A stretch of 63,954 bases of DNA, counting the filler, from an uncultured bacterium (GTDB taxonomy: Bacteria > CAZDME01 > JAYEMH01): the NCBI GenBank assembly GCA_964506785.1. It is 3 parts of 3 records of this genome, joined end to end, with 100 filler letters (N's around TTAATTAATTAA, not from the genome) between each part and the next. Parts side by side here need not be neighbours in the genome. Positions count along the whole stretch, not along the records: positions 1 to 28,079 come from CAZDME010000013.1; 2 more parts are not named here. One strand, 5' to 3'. This document shows positions 10,097-18,847 of this stretch, piece by piece. A program made the position numbers and the translations under genes. The notes beneath the pieces are model-generated. The model was not told the DNA's origin and ran no database searches. It saw nothing but the letters and a program-made list of their open reading frames with translations. The first letter of the stretch is position 1. Every line of letters starts with the position of its first letter.

Positions 10097-12249
10097 GGGT
10101 TACGCAAGAAAGGGCAGCGGTGGGAAAAAGAAAAAAAAGTCGGGGATTTTCGATAACTGAGCTACTCGTTGCTTTAATTGTTGGATTTATCGTTTTGACG
10201 GGAATTGTTCTGGCTTGGAATACTGTGGAAAAAGCCTGGCTTATTGAACGCATTCATTCTGTATTGCTCGGTGAGCTAGAGACGTTTGCCGAAAGGTTTA
10301 AAAAGGAAATAAGTGCTTCAGACGCTAATCAGATCTTTTTTTACCCAGAAACTAGCCTGACTTATGAAGCGATAAGTTTTCCGGCGGCGGTAGACGATGA
10401 TAATGATGGTTTTATTGAGCTTGATACCGACGGTATTATCATCTGGGATGAAACAATTATTTATCACGTTTTTGTAACGCCGGAAGGAGAGACGCAGCTG
10501 AGACGGACTGTATTTGCGCCACGCATTGATTTGTCGAAGGAGGACCGCCAAATACAGATTAACCAAGTTGTTTCGAATGGTCAAGCTATTGAGACTACCC
10601 CTAATTTCCAGAATGCTGAAACCAGATTTCTATTTACCTGTACGGCGTCCTATCCGGCCGAGCCGGTTGAGTTAATTATTGAACCAAGCGCCCGGGAATT
10701 TGATGCTTATAGTTTGGAAACGGCCCGGAGCAAAGAAATATCTTTCGGCAACACGACCCTAACCGCTGGCGAGCACTATATTACATTTCAACTTGCCGGC
10801 ACCTCTCATGGTGGATATGAATTAGGTCTTGACTCTTTTGCTTTTTCTCCCAGTGGGTGCCATCGGGAAGCTGAAGAGTGTCTGGTGCATAGTGATTCCG
10901 GAAAAACTAAGATAAATGAAGATATGGTTAGTTGCGGCAGCTGGAATGCCAATCGCCACCTTGAATACCAGTCTAACCAAGAGGATGATTTCATCAGTCT
11001 AAATTTTTACTATGACGAATGGATTGAAACCAATTTCCATCGATGTTCGCCGGCAAAAACCTTAATAGATTATAGCAATACCGATGGTGACGGCGGGACC
11101 GCCAGCAATAAAGACTATATTGTCAGACTTTCCGGTTATGGTGAGACTTGGAATGTCCAGGAGCAGGTAGGCGCAGGTGTTTCGGAGGAAGCCCTCGATA
11201 TTGAAAGCCCGGTTGTAGGCAGAAACTATCGAAATGTTATCTCTTACCAGATAACCGATACCGATGGTAGTGCCGTCAGGTTTAAATTCAAAAATTGCAG
11301 CGCAATCTATGATTTGCATCTGGAATCAGCTACTTTATTCGAACGTTCCGACGGGCCGGATGGAGATGAGGGTACCAAAAAAATAATTACTTTCTCCGGG
11401 AATCCATCCGTGACGATCACTAAGGGGAATTCATTATGGTCCGACTGGATCAATATGTTAGACATAAATGATTTCAAGAAAGACGAGGATTATCTGCTGA
11501 GTATTTTCGTTAGCAAGGCCAATCCCATAGGCCTTTCGATTTGGCCAGGGTCAGCCGGGGCGGCGCACGCTTATTATATCGAAAGTGATACGAATTTTTC
11601 CGAAGAAGCTGATTGGTCGGCTGCTGGCGAAAGTAATGCTATTTATGCTCTTGAAGCTATTGAGGTGAGCTATTATGCTTCGGGTACCCTAACTTCGCAG
11701 ATTTACGATACCGATCTTGATAATCCTTCTTTCAGCACTCTTTCCTGGAATATTGCCAAAAATAATTATGGCAATTATGCCGGCGGCGGACTAGGGGCGG
11801 ATTTAATTTTAAAAGTGAGAAGCGATGACGACAAAAATGCTATTTTAAGCGATAACGACTGGAGTGATGAATTAGCCATCGATACCCAATCGACTACCTC
11901 CGGGAGTGCGGACATAAGCGGGGTTAGTGGCGGTCGCTATGTTCAATTCCAGGCCGAATTTTATTCACAGCCTTCATCAGGCAGCTACGATTATATTAAA
12001 TCCTGTGTCTTAAAGAATGTAAGTATCAAGTGGCCGGGTGAATCTACTCCGGGAGGTACTAATCTGGTCGATATAAGTGGTTATATTACCACCCGCCCAG
12101 ATTACGGCAGATTTTCTGTAGAGGTGGATGGAAAACCTTTAACTAAAGGGTTAGAATTAAGTTTAACCTTAACTAAGAATATCTTTGGCGTTGGTCCGGT
12201 TTCCCGTTCGGTTAGCGCCGTAATACAGCCAAGAAATACCGCCAGATAA
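10093..12249 (+). CDS. Very large minor pilin, PilW/GspJ-like, with extra beta-rich acidic domains
   Basis: KSRG|FSITELLVAL prepilin motif; C-terminal VIQPRN typical of PilW/GspJ-like ends; 718 aa. Confidence 0.8.
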   Translation: MRVTQERAAVGKRKKSRGFSITELLVALIVGFIVLTGIVLAWNTVEKAWLIERIHSVLLGELETFAERFKKEISASDANQIFFYPETSLTYEAISFPAAVDDDNDGFIELDTDGIIIWDETIIYHVFVTPEGETQLRRTVFAPRIDLSKEDRQIQINQVVSNGQAIETTPNFQNAETRFLFTCTASYPAEPVELIIEPSAREFDAYSLETARSKEISFGNTTLTAGEHYITFQLAGTSHGGYELGLDSFAFSPSGCHREAEECLVHSDSGKTKINEDMVSCGSWNANRHLEYQSNQEDDFISLNFYYDEWIETNFHRCSPAKTLIDYSNTDGDGGTASNKDYIVRLSGYGETWNVQEQVGAGVSEEALDIESPVVGRNYRNVISYQITDTDGSAVRFKFKNCSAIYDLHLESATLFERSDGPDGDEGTKKIITFSGNPSVTITKGNSLWSDWINMLDINDFKKDEDYLLSIFVSKANPIGLSIWPGSAGAAHAYYIESDTNFSEEADWSAAGESNAIYALEAIEVSYYASGTLTSQIYDTDLDNPSFSTLSWNIAKNNYGNYAGGGLGADLILKVRSDDDKNAILSDNDWSDELAIDTQSTTSGSADISGVSGGRYVQFQAEFYSQPSSGSYDYIKSCVLKNVSIKWPGESTPGGTNLVDISGYITTRPDYGRFSVEVDGKPLTKGLELSLTLTKNIFGVGPVSRSVSAVIQPRNTAR

Positions 12250-12296
12250 TAAATCGCCCTAGAGGATTTCTTCTGAGGGTAATAACGATACACCCG

Positions 12297-13499
12297 ATGA
12301 TAATGCCAGGAAAGATACGATTTAAGAAAGCCAATTCAAAAGGAGTAGTTTTACTAACCACCTTGGTAGTTTTGAGTCTGGTTATTTTTGCCTGTGTTTC
12401 TATGACGGCTATGCTTTTAAACGATACCTATACCGTCAGGAAAATTATCTTTTCTACCCAGGCAAATTATTTAGCCGAAACCGGCCTTGAAGAAGCTTTG
12501 AAAGAGCTGCATGATGATTTTAATTATATCCCCGATGGTTTTCCCAAAGAGTTGGGTAAGGGCGAATATGATATTACCATTACCACTCATCCGGATGATC
12601 CCAATATGAAATTGATAATTTCCACCGGACAGGTTAAAGAAGTATCTAAAACTATTAAGGTTCAGGTAGTTTATGAAGGATTGGAGGCCTTTGATTTTCT
12701 AGCTTTGGGTGGGGGGAGTCTGAAAATTGCTGGAGGCTCGACCATAGGCACTTCGGGTAATCCAAGCAAGGTACACTCGAATAGTACTGATATTAGAGAG
12801 TGGGTTTGGATTTGGGAACCTATCTGGGGTTATTGGAAGGATCCGGCTGTTCAAATAGGGACAGATTTTTCAGAGGCAACGGTTTTTGGTGACGCCAGTG
12901 GGTGTGGACAGGTATATGTCCATCCGGATAATGGAACAGTAACCGGAGATGTTACTTCCAGCGCCTCTTATGTAGAATTGCCCTCTTTTGACGATAACTT
13001 CTTCCAATACTATTATGATTTAGCCTCTGAAGATGGCGCCGTTTATACTCCGGGCTGGCCTTATATAAAGGTGTTTACCTCTGACCCTTGTGCCGGGACG
13101 GAAAATCATGTTGTCTATGTTCAGGGGGAGGTTCGTCTAGTCGGTACCTGGGAGATGACCGGATGCATTGTTGCCACCGATAAGGTTGTTGTTAATAAAT
13201 GGGCCCATGGAGAGATTACCCAGCATCAGTGGGAAAATCTGCCGGCTTTTATGAGCAAGAATTCAGATATCGAAATCTGGGATCCAACCAATATAGAAGG
13301 GATGCTCTATGCCGGAGATGAGATTTTTATCGAATCGCTTTTTGGTGAGTACGGCCCGACAAATATAACCGGAAGCGTCTATGGCCGGGGGCAAGTCAGA
13401 CTCTCTGCCCAAACCGATATAAATTATGTAAGGCCGAATCCGCCTGGCTTGCCCGAAGAAGAAGGGAGCCTAAAAATTGTCTACTGGGGCGGAGGATAA
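12297..13499 (+). CDS. PilX/GspK-like minor pilin with a C-terminal beta-helix-like region
   Basis: SKG|VVLLTTL lacking Glu5; QANYLAETGLEEA (PilX N-terminal motif); IISTGQV. Confidence 0.8.
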   Translation: MIMPGKIRFKKANSKGVVLLTTLVVLSLVIFACVSMTAMLLNDTYTVRKIIFSTQANYLAETGLEEALKELHDDFNYIPDGFPKELGKGEYDITITTHPDDPNMKLIISTGQVKEVSKTIKVQVVYEGLEAFDFLALGGGSLKIAGGSTIGTSGNPSKVHSNSTDIREWVWIWEPIWGYWKDPAVQIGTDFSEATVFGDASGCGQVYVHPDNGTVTGDVTSSASYVELPSFDDNFFQYYYDLASEDGAVYTPGWPYIKVFTSDPCAGTENHVVYVQGEVRLVGTWEMTGCIVATDKVVVNKWAHGEITQHQWENLPAFMSKNSDIEIWDPTNIEGMLYAGDEIFIESLFGEYGPTNITGSVYGRGQVRLSAQTDINYVRPNPPGLPEEEGSLKIVYWGGG

Positions 13500-13502
13500 A
13501 AA

Positions 13503-13700
13503 ATGGCTAAAAATAAAATGAGGGAACAGATTAATGTCTGGTTAGGCGGTTTGTTAGGGCAGGTTTCCAGGAAGGAATTGATGCATATTGCCCGACGCTA
13601 TCATGTGCCTCTGGCTAATCGTTTGGACAAAGAGAATTTAATTAAAGAGATTATTGAAGTAGAAAATTTATTAGAAGAAACCCTTAATCATCAAAAATAA
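13503..13700 (+). CDS. Small helical protein resembling the Rho N-terminal (HeH) domain
   Basis: KELMHIARRYHVPLANRLDKENLIKEI fits the ELxxIAkxxgI....lxKxeLI pattern; GGAGG RBS. Confidence 0.5.
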   Translation: MAKNKMREQINVWLGGLLGQVSRKELMHIARRYHVPLANRLDKENLIKEIIEVENLLEETLNHQK

Positions 13701-15066
13701 ATTTCCCGCTTAATTCCTTGGAATAAATTCTCCTGAGTTTGGTTTTTAAATTTTCCGGAATGCTTTCCATGGAGTAAGGTTTCAAAAAATCCTTTCTCAG
13801 TGTTTTTTCTCTTCTTCTTGCTTCGGGTAAAAACTTTTTCGCAAACTTATCTATCAAATATCCTTTTGTTCCTTTTTTGTAGGCTAAATAAAAAGCCAAT
13901 AGCTGCTCGTCCCGGGCCGCTTTGCTTTTTTCGTAATTATCGGTGTCTCTTCCGGAAAATAATCGGTACAACTTTTCATTATTCTTTCCTAAAAGTTCCT
14001 TGGTGAATCCTAACTTTTTTGTATCTATTCCCCAGGCTTTCATAAAGATGTAAAGCCGGGCGCATTTAGAACAGTCTAAACACCAGCGCTGCCGTTTTTT
14101 CAAAGTGTTAATGGCATCGCAGGAAATCTGGAATTGGGCTAAATCCGGATAACGGCAGTTTAAAATTTTGGTAATCGTTAAATTTGTTAAAGGTTCGATT
14201 AAACTAATTACGCTTACTTTATTCTCCGTGGCCACATTTATCGCCGTATTTAAGGCAGCCATTCCTTCAAGACTCTGGTCAAAAGAGGGAAGGGCGCGAT
14301 AGCCTTCCTTATTTTGAAAAGAAAAATTCATATTCTGCTGATTGCCGAAGGCAATATATTTAGCTTTGAAAAAAAAGGCAAAGGGCAGGCTTAAAAAAGA
14401 AAATCCGGCAATCATGTGGGAATAACCAAGCGAAGATTCATCCTTTCTCCAGTATTCAAAATCATTTATTTTTTCGATTTGGTTATTAACGACAAATATC
14501 TTCATTCTGAATTTCCGGGAAATTTTTTTTGCCAGCTCGAGTTTCCATCTATTTTCCAGGCCGGAGACTGTATCGTTTATGTAGACACCGATGGGTTCAA
14601 GTCCTATTCCCCGGGCGAGGGCCAAAGTTAAAAGGCTGTCTTTACCGAAAGATAAAGGAATTATTACCCGGCTGGCTCTGGGCGTAATTGGAAAAGAAGG
14701 ACTTTTGCTTCTATTATCTTTAAAGCAAACTTCTAAATTCAAAAATTCTTTTAACGTTGTAGCGGTTGAAAAAGAATAATCCTCGGTAGATGATGGGATG
14801 TCGCGGACGACCATCTGCTGGAAGTAAGATTTAAACAGAGGATAGGAGGTGTTATATTGAATTTTCTTAAACCCTGAGATGAGCGGAAAAGTAATGGTAG
14901 AAAGATAAGATAAATTGTCTGCCAGAAACTCTTTCTGCCTTCCGGGGTAGTTTTTCCAGATTTTTTTCGGATAAGAAAGCCGAAAAATTCTATTCCGCAA
15001 TTTCAACTTAAGGCCTTCGCCTGTTTCTGAAAAAATCAGTTTTGCCCGGTAATTTTTATTTTTCAT
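13684..15066 (-). CDS. PP-loop (HUP) adenylating enzyme, distantly MurL epimerase-like
   Basis: IPLSFGKDSLLT PP-loop; C-terminal SC...WCLDCSKC metal motif; overlaps the yqeY stop. Confidence 0.65.
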   Translation of the reverse strand: MKNKNYRAKLIFSETGEGLKLKLRNRIFRLSYPKKIWKNYPGRQKEFLADNLSYLSTITFPLISGFKKIQYNTSYPLFKSYFQQMVVRDIPSSTEDYSFSTATTLKEFLNLEVCFKDNRSKSPSFPITPRASRVIIPLSFGKDSLLTLALARGIGLEPIGVYINDTVSGLENRWKLELAKKISRKFRMKIFVVNNQIEKINDFEYWRKDESSLGYSHMIAGFSFLSLPFAFFFKAKYIAFGNQQNMNFSFQNKEGYRALPSFDQSLEGMAALNTAINVATENKVSVISLIEPLTNLTITKILNCRYPDLAQFQISCDAINTLKKRQRWCLDCSKCARLYIFMKAWGIDTKKLGFTKELLGKNNEKLYRLFSGRDTDNYEKSKAARDEQLLAFYLAYKKGTKGYLIDKFAKKFLPEARRREKTLRKDFLKPYSMESIPENLKTKLRRIYSKELSGKFIFDD

Positions 15067-15529
15067 TTCTCTTTTTTTCTTCTTTTTTTGCTAATTCTTT
15101 GGCCACCAGAAAGCTGGCTGTTTTTCCGTCGATTCTTCCTTTGGCCTCTCTCATAAGGAGTTTCATCACTTTTCCCATTTCTTTCCGGTCCTGGACGCCG
15201 GTGTCTTCAAGGGCTTTTAAAACCATTTTAATAATTTCCTCTTCGGGAAGTTCTTCAGGCAGATATTTTTTTACGATGGTTAATTCCGCTTCTTCTTTTT
15301 TAACCAGGTCGGGTCGATTTCCTTTTTGAAAGGCTTCGATTGACTCTTTTCGTTGTTTACTTAGTCTCTTTAAGACCGTGATTACTTCTTCGTCCGTCAG
15401 CTCTTTTCCTTTTTTTTCGATGGCCGCATTTTGTAAAGCAGCCTGGATGAAGCGAAGTGTTTCCCTGGTCAGTTCGTCTTTTTGTTTTATTGATTTTTTC
15501 AGGTCGGTTTTTATTTTTTCTCTAAGCAT
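15056..15529 (-). CDS. yqeY: GatB/YqeY domain protein
   Basis: KQRKESIEAFQKGNRPDLVKKEEAEL..YLP; MGKVM; GRIDG. Confidence 0.93.
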   Translation of the reverse strand: MLREKIKTDLKKSIKQKDELTRETLRFIQAALQNAAIEKKGKELTDEEVITVLKRLSKQRKESIEAFQKGNRPDLVKKEEAELTIVKKYLPEELPEEEIIKMVLKALEDTGVQDRKEMGKVMKLLMREAKGRIDGKTASFLVAKELAKKEEKKRNEK

Positions 15530-15603
15530 TTTTTCTCCTTTGGCGAAAAATGTTCGATGTCAATCGGCCCCGGCCATGCCATCGCAGCCGGTTTATCTAT
15601 TTT

Positions 15604-15654
15604 TATTTTATCATAGGTTTCCAGCTTGACAAAATATTTTTTTATGATAAAATA
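15604..15654. promoter_or_regulatory. Dyad-symmetric divergent promoter pair (yqeY and ferredoxin)
   Basis: TATTTTATCATA (15604-15615) and TATGATAAAATA (15643-15654) are inverted copies centred on TTG-A-CAA (15626-15632). Confidence 0.65.
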
Positions 15655-15694
15655 TGGCCAGGTTTTAATCTTAACGTTAGGAGGAAAAATTAAA

Positions 15695-15880
15695 ATGAAA
15701 GCCAGAGTAGATAAAAACGTCTGTACGGGTTGCGGACTCTGTGTTAATAACTGTCCGGATGTTTTTGAAATGCAGGGTGATGTTGCCGGGGTAAAGGGCG
15801 AGTCAATCCCTGATTCAGCGGTCGAGTGTGCTAAAGAAGCAGCGGGGAATTGCCCTCTTGATGCCATTGTTGTCGAATAG
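15695..15880 (+). CDS. Single-cluster ferredoxin
   Basis: CTGCGLC..NCPDVF...CPLDAI; AGGAGG RBS before ATG 15695. Confidence 0.93.
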   Translation: MKARVDKNVCTGCGLCVNNCPDVFEMQGDVAGVKGESIPDSAVECAKEAAGNCPLDAIVVE

Positions 15881-15902
15881 AGAATAAATCCAAAAAAGCT
15901 TT

Positions 15903-15936
15903 AGGCCAGAGATAACGCTCTGGCCTTCTTATTTTT
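15903..15936 (+). terminator. Rho-independent terminator after the ferredoxin gene
   Basis: AGGCCAGAG-ataacg-CTCTGGCCT hairpin followed by a T-rich tract. Confidence 0.8.
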
Positions 15937-16013
15937 AATTGAGCTTTACGCCTAAATATGCTAAAATATCATAAATATGGGTTAAGCCGAAGTCTTTATA
16001 AGAGGGAGGTTGT

Positions 16014-16967
16014 TTGTATAAAAAGGTTGCTGTAATTTTATTTTTTGTTAGTTTTTTCGGAAGCGGTCTTTCTTTCGCTGAGCCTGGAATAAGGGCTTTA
16101 TCAATAGGTGGGGCTTTTGTTGGTTTGGCTGACGATGCTGAAGCGGTTTATTGGAATCCGGCCGGGTTGGGTTTATTAGGCCGTCCCGAAATGGATTGTA
16201 GTTTATTATTATACAATCGCGATGAGACCGGTTATGACGACTGGTTTAGTTTCGTTTACCCTCTTCATCGCTTTCAAGATTTTGATTTGGGAGTCATTGG
16301 ATTTTCTCTTGTGAATGATGTTGACAAGGGGATAATAGACTACCAGTCAGTTTTGTCTCTCGATTCTAAATTTACTGAGCGCTGGTATGTATTTTCCTAC
16401 GGAAGGAAGGTTCTTTTAGAAAATTTAGCTTTTGGGGCTAATTTTCGCTTTGCGACTTATGAGTCAGCCCTTGATAAATTAAGCGTAATTAACGGAATCG
16501 ATTACCCGCAAGGAACCTCGGATAGTGATAACTCACTTGCCTGTGACCTGGGCGGATATTTCCGTTGGGATAGACTATCTTTAGGTTTTTTGCTTCAGAA
16601 TCTAAACGAGCCTGAAATTACCCTCTATGGGAGTGATATAACTTATGATTTAAACGTAAAGGCCGGTTTAACCTTTCATCCGGATGAACAAACAAATTAT
16701 TCGTTTGAAATTAATAATTTTTTTGATGCTAATCAAATCCGGCTCGGCGGTGAATACTGGATTGCGCCTTATTTAGCCCTTCGTCTTGGCGCCTATAATT
16801 TGAATAAAAAGGATAATCGGGCTTTGACTTTTGGCTGCGGGTTGAATTCCGCAGAGATTTTTGCGTATACCGACATAGAAATTGATTATGCTTTGCTTTA
16901 CTGGACAAACAATTCCGCAGGTGAAGATGATTTTTCCCATTTGGTAGGAATCAAAATGAAGTTTTAG
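16014..16967 (+). CDS. Outer-membrane beta-barrel, PorV/PorQ (FadL-like) family
   Basis: Signal peptide; GIRALSIGGAFVGLADDAEAVYWNPAGL plug motif; C-terminal Phe. Confidence 0.8.
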   Translation: MYKKVAVILFFVSFFGSGLSFAEPGIRALSIGGAFVGLADDAEAVYWNPAGLGLLGRPEMDCSLLLYNRDETGYDDWFSFVYPLHRFQDFDLGVIGFSLVNDVDKGIIDYQSVLSLDSKFTERWYVFSYGRKVLLENLAFGANFRFATYESALDKLSVINGIDYPQGTSDSDNSLACDLGGYFRWDRLSLGFLLQNLNEPEITLYGSDITYDLNVKAGLTFHPDEQTNYSFEINNFFDANQIRLGGEYWIAPYLALRLGAYNLNKKDNRALTFGCGLNSAEIFAYTDIEIDYALLYWTNNSAGEDDFSHLVGIKMKF

Positions 16968-16997
16968 GGAGCATTAAACCAAAAAGGAGGGAATTCC

Positions 16998-17483
16998 ATG
17001 GACCAGATTTTAGAAATTTTAGAAAAAGATGCCCGTATTTCGCCGGAAGAAATCGCCAAAATGACCAGAAAGAAATCGGGTAAAATAAAACAGGCCATAA
17101 AGAAGTATGAAAAAGAAGGGGTGATTTTGAAATATAAGACAGTTATCAATAAGGAGCTGTTGGGGAATAAATCCGGTGAGGTAAACGCTTTGATTGAAGT
17201 ACAGGTGGCTCCTCAGAAAAACGTCGGTTTTGACCGGGTAGCCGAGCGTGTCTACCGCTTCCCCGAAGTAAAAAACTGTTATCTTCTCTCCGGAGGGTAC
17301 GATTTGCTCATTATTGTCTCCGGTAAAGATATTCATACCGTTGCCAGTTTTGTTGCCGAGAAACTGGCGCCAATGGAAAATATTAAAGGCACGGTAACCC
17401 ATTTCTTGTTAAAAAAATATAAGGAAGATGGCGATATCTTGGAATCGGGCGAAAAAGATAAAAGAATCGCCATGTCATTTTAA
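16998..17483 (+). CDS. Lrp/AsnC family transcriptional regulator
   Basis: ILEILEKDARIS HTH; PEV..CYLLSGGYDL; THFLLKKYK. Confidence 0.92.
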   Translation: MDQILEILEKDARISPEEIAKMTRKKSGKIKQAIKKYEKEGVILKYKTVINKELLGNKSGEVNALIEVQVAPQKNVGFDRVAERVYRFPEVKNCYLLSGGYDLLIIVSGKDIHTVASFVAEKLAPMENIKGTVTHFLLKKYKEDGDILESGEKDKRIAMSF

Positions 17484-17485
17484 TT

Positions 17486-18631
17486 ATGAAGATCTCGAAA
17501 AAAGTCGACCGTTTACCGCCTTCGGGCATAAGGGAGTTTTTTGATTTAGTTATTGGGATGAAAGAAGTTATCTCTCTCGGGGTAGGCGAACCGGATTTTA
17601 CTACCCCCTGGAATATTAGGGAGACAGCTATCTACTCTCTGGAGCAGGGTTACACCTCTTACACCTCTAACCGGGGTCTTTATGAATTACGCTTAGAGAT
17701 CTCCCGCTTTCTCAAATCGCATTATTCTTTGGATTATTCCCCGGATGAAGAAATCCTAATTACCGTAGGGGTTAGTGAAGCTTTTGATTTAGCTTTAAGA
17801 GCCTTAATAAATCCAGGGGACAAGGTTATTGTTCCCGAGCCCAGCTATGTTTCTTATGCGCCGGTAAGCATTCTGGCCGGGGGCGAGGTATTATATTTAA
17901 AAACCGATAAAGAAGGGGGATTTAAAATTGATCCTCAAAAATTGGATAAAATTTGCGACCGAAAGGCCAAATATTTAGTTTTGAATTATCCCTGTAACCC
18001 AACCGGTGTTTCTTATACCAAAAAGGAACTCAATGATATTAAAAAGGTAGTTATCAAAAAAAATCTGACCGTTATCAGCGATGAGGTATATGACGAACTG
18101 ACCTACGACTTTTCTCATATTCCCTTGGCTAAATTAGACGGGATGAAATCACGGACGATTTATCTGAATGGTTTTTCTAAGGCTTATGCCATGACCGGAT
18201 GGAGGGTAGGTTTCGCTGCCGGGCCCGCCAAGGCTATTGCCGGAATGACTAAGATTCATCAATATACCATGCTTTGCGCCCCGATTACGGGGCAGATTGC
18301 TGCCCGCGAGGCTTTAAAAAACGGGACGAAATCAGTTGAACAAATGAGAAATGAATATCGCCGCCGGAGAGATTTTATTGTCAAAGAGCTTTGCCGCATC
18401 GGGCTTGATTGCCACCGGCCTCAGGGGGCTTTTTATGTGTTTCCTTCGATAAAAAAGACGGGTATGAAATCAGTGGAATTTGCTAAAGAACTGTTAAAAA
18501 GGGAAAAGGTGGCGGTCGTGCCTGGGGTAGCTTTTGGGCCTTCCGGCGAGGGTTATGTCCGGATGTCCTATGCAACCAGTCTATCCAATATTAAAGAAGC
18601 CGTTAGCCGGATTGAGCATTTTCTTAAATAA
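17486..18631 (+). CDS. Class I/II PLP-dependent aminotransferase
   Basis: SLGVGEPDF, NYPCNPTG, SDEVY, GFSKAYAMTGWRVG. Confidence 0.95.
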   Translation: MKISKKVDRLPPSGIREFFDLVIGMKEVISLGVGEPDFTTPWNIRETAIYSLEQGYTSYTSNRGLYELRLEISRFLKSHYSLDYSPDEEILITVGVSEAFDLALRALINPGDKVIVPEPSYVSYAPVSILAGGEVLYLKTDKEGGFKIDPQKLDKICDRKAKYLVLNYPCNPTGVSYTKKELNDIKKVVIKKNLTVISDEVYDELTYDFSHIPLAKLDGMKSRTIYLNGFSKAYAMTGWRVGFAAGPAKAIAGMTKIHQYTMLCAPITGQIAAREALKNGTKSVEQMRNEYRRRRDFIVKELCRIGLDCHRPQGAFYVFPSIKKTGMKSVEFAKELLKREKVAVVPGVAFGPSGEGYVRMSYATSLSNIKEAVSRIEHFLK

Positions 18632-18633
18632 AT

Positions 18634-18720
18634 TGGTGCCGAAGGAGAGAGTTGAACTCTCATGGACCGAAGCCCATACGGCCCTGAACCGTACGCGTCT
18701 GCCAATTCCGCCACTTCGGC
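18634..18720 (-). tRNA. tRNA-Leu(CAG)
   Basis: Minus strand GCCGAAGTGGCGGAATTGGCAGACGC; anticodon arm TACGG-TTCAGGG-CCGTA; long variable arm; CCA. Confidence 0.96.
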
Positions 18721-18734
18721 ATTTTTCTTCGTTT

Positions 18735-18763
18735 ATACTATCGCAAAATTAAGCAAAAGTCAA
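18735..18763 (-). promoter_or_regulatory. Sigma70 promoter for tRNA-Leu
   Basis: Minus strand TTGACT-N17-TAGTAT. Confidence 0.7.
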
Positions 18764-18812
18764 TGAATAGTTAAAGAATCATATTAGTGGGGAGCTATTT
18801 GATAATTTTTTA

Positions 18813-18841
18813 TTGATAAGCCTATGTTTATATGATAAAAT
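18813..18841 (+). promoter_or_regulatory. Sigma70 promoter for smpB-ssrA
   Basis: TTGATA-N17-TAAAAT with an extended TG motif; ends 6 nt before the smpB ATG. Confidence 0.65.
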
Positions 18842-18847
18842 CCACCC

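Noticed and set aside
12255-12281. Imperfect hairpin between the pilW-like and pilX-like genes
   Set aside because: Bulged, short and lacking a U-tract; too weak to call a terminator
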